From the NCBI GenBank assembly GCA_029856435.1, contig JAHQXB010000016.1, forward strand, positions 1 to 11,866: 11,866 nt of DNA, read 5' to 3'. The first letter of the stretch is position 1. Each line of letters begins with the position of its first letter. The position numbers were made by a program, and so were the translations under genes. Source of the DNA: Candidatus Jordarchaeia archaeon (GTDB taxonomy: Archaea > Asgardarchaeota > Jordiarchaeia > Jordiarchaeales > Jordiarchaeaceae). The notes under the pieces were generated by a model. That model was given only the letters and a program-made list of their open reading frames with translations. It was not told the DNA's origin and did no database searches. This document shows positions 5,914 to 11,866 of this stretch, one piece after another.

Positions 5914-7446
5914 TTATTTTTTGACTTGGGGGTACATTTGTCTGAATCTCTCAAGTATGGCCCTAGGCGTTACTGTGGCCCGCGTGTATCGGGGTAGCTC
6001 CTTTTCTATTCCCGCCAAGTATTTTGCGATGCTCTTTAAGGCCTCCAGATCGTATCTGGCCATCATAGTTATAGTTTCCATCTGGGGGCTGCCTCCACCA
6101 TGTAGACCCGCTACTTGCATCAGCCCCGCCATTTCTGAGCCCAACGCTGTTTCTATCATGCGGAAGCATCGGTGCACATTTTCCGCGGGCACCTTAGGGT
6201 TCCTCATAATGTATTTGTGCAGCAGTTTTCCCGTCTCTGGATTGTAGAAGTCTCCCTCAAGAGGCAGGGTAACTGATAAGCCTCCCGAAAGGTCGGCGAG
6301 AATCTTATACTCATTATATATTTCTTCACCTGCAAGTCTCCTACCCGCATTAGTCAACACTTCGTCCGGAATGTATGTGCCGCTTGGAGCTCTCTCGGCG
6401 CGGTAGGCGCTAGCTTCACCCGCTGCGAATACCAGTTCTGCTGTACCTATTATGTGAGACAACTTTTCTCTGACATGTTTCTCTTTTTCAATCCCATTGT
6501 ATTCTGCTACAAGCGCCGCCATGCTGGCCAGTATTTCAGAAGCTGCGGCTTTACAACCCGTGTAGGAATGCCTGTGGAAGTGAGCAAAGAGCAACGCTAG
6601 GAATCCTGCAAAGGGCGTAACCCTTGGGTCCTCGTTTCCATTCATGAAGACCCGCTCCTTGGGAACAAAAACGTCGTCAAAAACAGTGAATGATTCAACA
6701 TCGCCCATATTAGCAATGGGAGCGTTCAACTTTTTTCTCTTGTGGGGATACGCGGGTCTGCAAAGAAGCTTCACCCCATCAGTGTCCGCGGGAATAGCGA
6801 AGGCAACAGCATAGTCGCTATCCTTATCAGTCATAAATCTTGTGGGCAGAGCAATAATCTCATCTGCGTAGGGAGCAACCGTATTGCAGACCTTAGCCCC
6901 CCTAACAATTATTCCATCCTTCCTAGTCTCCACCACCCTCAAATAAAGGTCTGGATCCACCTGCTCATGGGGCCTCTTCAACCGGTCACCCTTAGTATCC
7001 GTCTGGGCACAGTTACCAACAATGTCATTCTCCTGGAAATATCTGCAGAACTTTTCCCACCTCTTATAATAATCTGTGCCAAAAGCCTGATCCATCTCGT
7101 AAGTAACCACCGAAAGGGCGTTCATGGCGTCAATACCCATACAGCGCTGAATGCAACCACCCACCCGGTGGCAAAGCACCCTAGTCATCTGCTGCTTCTT
7201 AAGAAGATCCTCCTTACTCTGATGAATATGCGTAAACCTGTTTATCTTCTCACCAGTCAAATGCGAAATGGCAGTACACAGGTCCTCGTACTCTGGGTCA
7301 TTAGCCCGGTCAAAAGTCTCCTTAATAACATTCATCCCGGGGCGAATCCTAGGATCACTCCTATCTACCTTCTCACCATCAATGTAAACGTTGGGCTTCA
7401 TCCTCAACATACGCTCGTAATAGTCCTCAAAAGTCTTAATACCCAT
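5914..7446 (-). CDS. 4-hydroxybutyryl-CoA dehydratase / HpaB-family FAD- and [4Fe-4S]-binding protein
   Basis: CIQRCMG (CxxxC), AQTDTKGDR, HRHSYTGCK (His...Cys cluster ligands plus Tyr), VFDDVFVPKERVF and LHGGGSPQ. GGAGG lies 9 nt upstream of ATG 7446. abfD is not assigned because the active-site residues differ. Confidence 0.9.
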   Translation of the reverse strand: MGIKTFEDYYERMLRMKPNVYIDGEKVDRSDPRIRPGMNVIKETFDRANDPEYEDLCTAISHLTGEKINRFTHIHQSKEDLLKKQQMTRVLCHRVGGCIQRCMGIDAMNALSVVTYEMDQAFGTDYYKRWEKFCRYFQENDIVGNCAQTDTKGDRLKRPHEQVDPDLYLRVVETRKDGIIVRGAKVCNTVAPYADEIIALPTRFMTDKDSDYAVAFAIPADTDGVKLLCRPAYPHKRKKLNAPIANMGDVESFTVFDDVFVPKERVFMNGNEDPRVTPFAGFLALLFAHFHRHSYTGCKAAASEILASMAALVAEYNGIEKEKHVREKLSHIIGTAELVFAAGEASAYRAERAPSGTYIPDEVLTNAGRRLAGEEIYNEYKILADLSGGLSVTLPLEGDFYNPETGKLLHKYIMRNPKVPAENVHRCFRMIETALGSEMAGLMQVAGLHGGGSPQMETITMMARYDLEALKSIAKYLAGIEKELPRYTRATVTPRAILERFRQMYPQVKK

Positions 7447-7511
7447 ACAAGGCATCCTCCAAATCTAAACTAAAATACACACCATATATTGAAAGAAACA
7501 CTGTCAAAACC

Positions 7512-7534
7512 CGATATAAAAATTCCCCCCAAAA
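7512..7534 (-). promoter_or_regulatory. TATA box with upstream G-tract for the dehydratase-like gene
   Basis: The minus strand reads TTTTGGGGGGAATTTTTATATCG, about 65 nt upstream of the start. Confidence 0.45.
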
Positions 7535-7720
7535 ACACAACCCCCAACACAAAACAACCGCAAAAGTTGTTGCACAACATCAAGCCAATTTTTCAACAAA
7601 AAGTGGAAGAAAGATTGCAAACAATTTTCATTAACCTTCATTGTTAGAGTCATCATTTAAGTGTGATTTTAATACAAAACTTTAGAGTACAATTATTACT
7701 TGTTAATGTTAAAGGGGCTG

Positions 7721-7905
7721 ATGGAGATGGATAACAGGGCACAGACTGAGCAGGAAAGAATGCCGCCAGTGACTATGAGGATTGTTGAAACCATTGTACT
7801 AGAGCTTAACCCACAAAAATTATGCTTTTCGACTCTTTTGCGTATGGGAAGCCCAATGAGCAGAGCGCCATCGACCTCCTCACCGTGACGGAAATAAAAG
7901 ACCCC
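7721..7905 (+). pseudogene. Minimal nucleotidyltransferase (MNT, toxin-antitoxin type) pseudogene
   Basis: MRIVETIVLELNPQK, then a frameshift to MLFDSFAYGKPNEQSAIDLLTV. This is a decayed LFGS.A.G....SDIDLL motif with G>D and D>A changes, truncated at about 7905. Confidence 0.7.
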
Positions 7906-7907
7906 TA

Positions 7908-8460
7908 TACCCCACTTGTGGCAAACCCCCAGGAGGGAATGAAAAAACGGCTTAAGGAACGCCACAGTACAGGTGCCAGCCCTGCAGAAGAAACACGGCC
8001 TACCACCCCACATCCGAGACCATAATAGCCCGAACCATAAAGCTGCTAACCGCCCCGGATCCTAATCATCTATTCCCAAGCGTCAGTGGAAGACGTCGCA
8101 GATTCCCTCGGCATAAGCAGAAACATCCCCGGGAAGCCCTGCGGCTCCTCCCAGATACAGCCTACAAGGTAGAGGGAAAACCAAAAATAGTCTCCTACCG
8201 CAAGGAGAAAATAGCAGTAATAAACCTAGATGGGCTCTTCAGAGGAAAAGGAAGCCTCCCTCAAGCCCTCAGCGAAGGGAGGGAAATTATGAGGGAGGGA
8301 TGCAAGAGAACCAGAGAGGGGCTCCCCCAGCTCCTAGACGAAATGCTTGAAGAAATAAGAGAGGCTGACCGATGCCTCTTCATCATAGACGCAAACACCG
8401 CCGTCGCCCGCTAGCTCGTGGAACGCTATAGGGGAAAAACAGTGGTGCTTATGCAGAACC
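7908..8460 (+). pseudogene. Degraded transposase with Zn-ribbon, HTH and DDE-like segments; family unassigned
   Basis: (C)PTCG..KNG..QYRCQPCRR, then SVEDVADSLGISRN (HTH, in a shifted frame), IAVINLDGLF and LFIIDAN. One frame is stop-free from 7956 to TAG 8412-8414 but lacks an early start, so it is absent from the ORF track. Confidence 0.55.
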
Positions 8461-8828
8461 ACTCCCTCAAGCCCAGCCGGGAATAGTGAAATAGGGTTCC
8501 GGTCTTGTCGTTTTAAGGTTCTTCCACATGTTTTGCACCGTACCTTTTGAGTCCTCCTCCATAGCTTCTATGCCCCTTTGGGGCTCTGTTGAATAATTTT
8601 AATTTTTTCAAAAAATTGGTTGTTTTTTGAAAATTTTTCAAATTAACAATGTAAAATTGCAAAAATTCATTAAAATTGTAAGGAAATTGAAAAAATAAAA
8701 CTTTTTCAACAGAGCCCTTTGGGTGTGCTAAGCAGCATCTGGAGCAGTGGGTGTCGTTTCTCCATCGGATCTCCCTGAAAAGTTTAGAGCAAGTATCCTC
8801 GCTTTGAAAGAACATCTAAAACCTTCAT
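8456..8828 (-). pseudogene. IS1595-family transposase N-terminal remnant, interrupted by MITE B
   Basis: After removing the MITE and allowing frameshifts it reads SEDTCSKLFREIRWRNDTHCSRC...KGHRSYGGGLKRY(R)CKTCGRT.NDKTGTLFHYSRLGLREWF, the IS1595 Zn-ribbon N-terminus. Confidence 0.8.
8582..8716. mobile_element. MITE family B (about 135 bp, AT-rich)
   Basis: TIR GGCTCTGTTGAA (12-13 bp perfect, 21/24 extended). The flanking direct repeat CCCTTTGGG (8574-8582 and 8715-8723) gives a 6-bp TSD CTTTGG, or a 4-bp TTTG if the ends are GGG/CCC. An internal perfect 11-bp inverted repeat lies at 8605-8615/8623-8633. Confidence 0.88.
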
Positions 8829-8989
8829 AAGGAAATGTTGGGAAGCCAGCCACAAAAATCTTATTTAAGAGCGAGCACTTCCAAAAATTCTTTTAGTTTT
8901 TAGGTAATAATTCTTTGCTACGAAAAATCTTTAGGTTTTTCATCCTTTATCTAAAAAGCGAAGCTTATGTAGGTTTGCTTGAGTACAGT

Positions 8990-9590
8990 ATAGATTCAAC
9001 GGTGATACCTGCACCACCCCCCTCAAAGAAACCATGGTTGCTATGAGGGTTAAACTCCACCACCAAACCGCGAAGTACAACGTACTCGCCCGACTGGTGA
9101 TCAACACCATCGTGGCAGTTTGCGTCTCGAAAAACACTAAGGACGCAAGACCCCTCCTGCAACGTGTGCCGCCTGGTTCCACCGTCTACATGGACGCCGA
9201 ATACGATGTAGAGTACAACTACCAGTACAGCCAGGAGAGGGGGATTACCATCATAGTTCATCCCAAACTTTTCGGTGAGAAGCTCTAGGTGATGTAGAAT
9301 TGTTCGGTTTCGCCTCAAAAAAGGGGGTGTTTATAGGGCTTCTTTCACGATTTGGAGCCTTACTAGGGAGATGGAACCGAATAAATCTGCATCACCAGAA
9401 GCTCTACAAGGGAAAACACCGTCACCGAGCTCAAAAAGAATTCAGCAGGAAGAAGTATAGACGCCGCAAGCTGGTAGAACGCGTTATGGGGAATAAAGCC
9501 GCCAGAGATGGAAGCACACTGAACTACCGAAGGCCAGACGTGCAGAGGAAGGGGCTGGTGCTCAAGTACGTTGCCCACAACATCCCTTGC
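8990..9590 (+). pseudogene. IS5-family (DDE_Tnp_1) transposase remnant, 5'-truncated, frameshifted and split by MITE A
   Basis: IDST(G)...VKLH...YMDAEYD...YRRRKLVE (Y-x2-R-x3-E)...LVLKYVAHNI. Removing 9288-9406 restores the frame (FGEKL-YKGKH). Confidence 0.85.
9288..9396. mobile_element. MITE family A, copy 2 (109 bp)
   Basis: TIR GGTGATGTAGAATTGTTCGGTTTC versus reverse complement GGTGATGCAGATTTATTCGGTTCC (20/24). A perfect 10-bp TSD AGAAGCTCTA lies at 9278-9287 and 9397-9406. Confidence 0.95.
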
Positions 9591-9666
9591 TGTTTAGACA
9601 GCAAGCCTGGCCGGAATTCCTGCAACCAGTACAAGTGCCCTTTTAAAGGTAGGGTGCAGGACAGCT

Positions 9667-9728
9667 ATGATTAAAGCATTTATGCTAGTGGTTACTCCGT
9701 CTGCCTATTCGGCTCAGTGGCTACCGGG
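9667..9728 (+). pseudogene. Possible second MNT nucleotidyltransferase fragment
   Basis: SIYASGYSVCLFGSVATG, with LFGSVATG at 9705-9728. The expected SDxD does not follow. Confidence 0.35.
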
Positions 9729-9963
9729 GGGCGGCTCCTTAAAGCCTGTACAGCTACGGGGGAGTATGAGGCAGTTATTCACCCTAAAAAAATCTTAATC
9801 AAACAAATACTTCAATTTTTTGGATGTGTTCTTTAAGAGCGAAAAAAATATATTTCTCGATTTGGCGTTCCCTCTTAGTGTTAGGGGAAAGTAAGCAAAA
9901 TCAAACCGAAACACAATGTATGCGTCTCGCCTGAAACACAAAAATTAGAGGTGTCTGAAAATT

Positions 9964-11259
9964 ATGAGTTGGAGAAGGCAAATTGCTATTGTCGTCATCA
10001 TGAGCATCCTTCTTGCCGGGTTAACCCTCACCCAAATAGCTTATGAAGCAAAACAACCATCAAACATTAGCTGGCTACCTTCTACATCAACTATCAGAAG
10101 TTATACCTCTCCCAAAGAAGCAAATACACCCCCAATATCCCTGGAAGCAGTCACCTTTACCCACACTCCTTTAGAGAATGATGCTTATAACTACATAATA
10201 GCATTGGGAAATGTGGCCACTCCTAGCCACACTTTTCCCAGCGACCACATATACTTCGTATTAGAAGACGGCTCCTATGATGTGGTGGCTCCCGCCAGTG
10301 GAACTATAACCTCAATTACTAATTGGACTCAAAGTGATTGGAGTTATCAGGACTATGCGCTAACTATAAAACATACAAACACTTTTGAAAGCTACTTCTA
10401 CCACTTATCAGGCATAGCGGACTGGATATTGGAGAAAACCGGAAATATACCCTTCCGAGCTGCCGTCAACATACCAGTTAGTGGGGGGCAAGTTATTGGT
10501 AGGGCACAGATACAGCCCGGAGGATCCGTTTGTCTAGACTGGGGTGTTGCAAATTATGAGGTTACACTAAACTTTATTCACCCAGAAACCTATGGTGAAT
10601 ATTATAATGTTCACGCGGTTTGCCCATTAGACTATCTAGAAGAAGGCTTAAAGGAAAGCGTCTATCAGAAGGTTAATAGAATTGGTGAACCGAGGGGTGG
10701 AAAGATAGACTATGACCTTCTTGGCAGGCTGAGTGGAAACTGGTTCCTCGAAGGAAGTACGCCGGGCAAATGGAACTGGAGCACCCATCTAGCCTTCGTT
10801 TACTCAGTTTACAACGCCTCTCAAATGATTGTAGCCGTAGGAAGTAATGTGCTGGCGCCACTCCCGATGGGCGAATACAACGCTACCGGACCAGACTTTA
10901 GAGAAGTGTCTGCAGATAATGGTATAGTCACATACCACCTAGTCGGAATTAACAGTGTTGAGGGACAGGTCTACACTCTCATTGCGCAGGTTGTGGGAGA
11001 CGAGCGAATCAAGGTGGAGACGTTTGAGGGCTATCAAGAGGGAAAAAATTTCACTGAGAAAGCCTTGTTCTACACTAGAACTGGCCCCGGTGTTTCTGAC
11101 GAATTAAACGTTGCAATAATTGATATGTTAGTTTTGATCATCTTAAACCAATCCCCACAATATTCTCAGAGGATTCCCATAATACTTGAGGTTGCCGGTG
11201 GAGCAGCGGCAATTCTAGTGGTAATTCTCGGCTTTGTGCTGTGGAAAAAAAGACACTAA
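9964..11259 (+). CDS. Exported, C-terminally membrane-anchored protein with an M23/LytM-like domain
   Basis: N-terminal hydrophobic helix (IAIVVIMSILLAGLTL) and C-terminal TM plus basic tail (AILVVILGFVLWKKRH). HTFPSDHIYF, VVAPASGTITSI, LTIKH...YFYHLS and VSGGQVIGRA follow M23 spacing, but the distal HxH site reads CLDWGV. Confidence 0.7.
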   Translation: MSWRRQIAIVVIMSILLAGLTLTQIAYEAKQPSNISWLPSTSTIRSYTSPKEANTPPISLEAVTFTHTPLENDAYNYIIALGNVATPSHTFPSDHIYFVLEDGSYDVVAPASGTITSITNWTQSDWSYQDYALTIKHTNTFESYFYHLSGIADWILEKTGNIPFRAAVNIPVSGGQVIGRAQIQPGGSVCLDWGVANYEVTLNFIHPETYGEYYNVHAVCPLDYLEEGLKESVYQKVNRIGEPRGGKIDYDLLGRLSGNWFLEGSTPGKWNWSTHLAFVYSVYNASQMIVAVGSNVLAPLPMGEYNATGPDFREVSADNGIVTYHLVGINSVEGQVYTLIAQVVGDERIKVETFEGYQEGKNFTEKALFYTRTGPGVSDELNVAIIDMLVLIILNQSPQYSQRIPIILEVAGGAAAILVVILGFVLWKKRH

Positions 11260-11562
11260 AACAAAGAGGAGAGCTCAAAGTTCTCCGGCTCCACAAACTT
11301 TTTTTGGTACCTTTTCATTGAATCCACCTATAAACAATTTTGGAAACATTTCTACCCTTTTTGGGGAAGTTGGATTGTAATTTTTTAGGATTTCACTAGT
11401 TCCGCGAATTTTTCTGCGAAGCTGTGAATCTGGACTCACTCTCGAAAATTGTTTCTGGATCAATATTATACGCCCCTGGTTTTTAAATAGACATAGCCTT
11501 CACAATCTATTGTTAACGACGTAAAGTGTTAACATTTAAATTCTTCAGAGGGGGGAGTTTTG

Positions 11563-11866
11563 TTGGATGAGTCTATGTTGGAGGCTGCTTCTCTTGAAAC
11601 TTAGTTCTGCGTACAAAGGAAGAGGAAGACCCAAGGTCAGAGAGAGAATCGACGATCAGGATGCTAAAGGAGGGGAAGACCTCATTTGAAATCGGGAGAG
11701 AGCTCTGCTGCTACCACACCAAAGTTCTCTACTGGAAACGCCGCCCCGAAAAAAGGAGGATTGCCCAGCCTCAAAACCCGGAAGCCGCCGGGAAGACCTC
11801 CAAAGGTCCCCAAGAAGAACCTGGAAGAGACGAGGCAAATCCCGGAGGAGAGCGAGTGATGAACCA
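11563..11866 (+). pseudogene. IS630-family transposase N-terminal (HTH) remnant, multiply frameshifted, running to the right edge
   Basis: Joined frames give SLE..LSSAYK.EEDPRVRERI..IRMLKEGKTSFEIGREL..HTKVLYWKRR.EKGGLPSLKTRKPPGRPPK, with GRPPK at 11791-11805. An in-frame TGA lies near 11857. Confidence 0.8.

Noticed and set aside
8412-8414. In-frame TAG with coding-like sequence continuing, as possible pyrrolysine readthrough
   Set aside because: It lies in a frameshifted pseudogene, and no pyl genes or tRNA are in the window; a nonsense mutation is the simpler explanation.
9300-9674. 124-aa ORF as an intact gene
   Set aside because: Its start lies inside MITE A and the rest is the C-terminal part of the broken IS5 transposase.
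8864-9842. Direct repeat TTTAAGAGCGA at 8864-8874 and 9832-9842 as element ends
   Set aside because: 11-bp matches are expected by chance in 12 kb, the flanks diverge at once, and there is no TSD. The first may be part of the IS1595 left end, but I cannot confirm it.
11285-11365. Patchy similarity to the reverse complement of MITE A (GGCTCCA, CCTATAAACA, TTCTAC)
   Set aside because: The spacing between matches is not collinear and there is no TIR or TSD; at most a very old relic.
568-11838. Many 60-240 aa ORFs in the track (e.g. 568-774, 1071-1379, 2556-3089, 3859-4278, 4670-5032, 5837-6247, 6742-7473, 8965-9318, 10673-10861, 11656-11838)
   Set aside because: They are antisense or alternative-frame shadows of better-supported genes or IS remnants, with no motifs of their own.

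Overview
Archaeal window, most likely Asgard (inferred from a Rag/Arf-like GTPase with a roadblock-type C-terminus, a Cdc48-N/vWA fusion, Alba, BRE/TATA promoters and GGAGG/GGTGA ribosome-binding sites). Intact genes: the 3' end of an unknown gene; an HhH-GTPase-roadblock fusion (-); a divergent Cdc48-N-vWA protein (+); Alba (-); a DUF5788-like protein (+); a stand-alone Lrp/AsnC domain (-); a small Cys-rich zinc-finger protein (+); a 4-hydroxybutyryl-CoA dehydratase/HpaB-family flavoprotein (-); and a membrane-anchored M23-like surface protein (+). Mobile-DNA debris lies between them. One MITE family occurs twice (3640-3817 and 9288-9396; 24-bp imperfect TIRs, perfect 10-bp TSDs). A second MITE sits inside an IS1595 remnant. 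There are also IS5, IS630 and unassigned DDE transposase pseudogenes, two nucleotidyltransferase (MNT) fragments, and a possible orphan TnpB right-end/omega-RNA remnant. No rRNA, tRNA or CRISPR array was recognised. All family calls come from motif recognition by eye; no database search was run.
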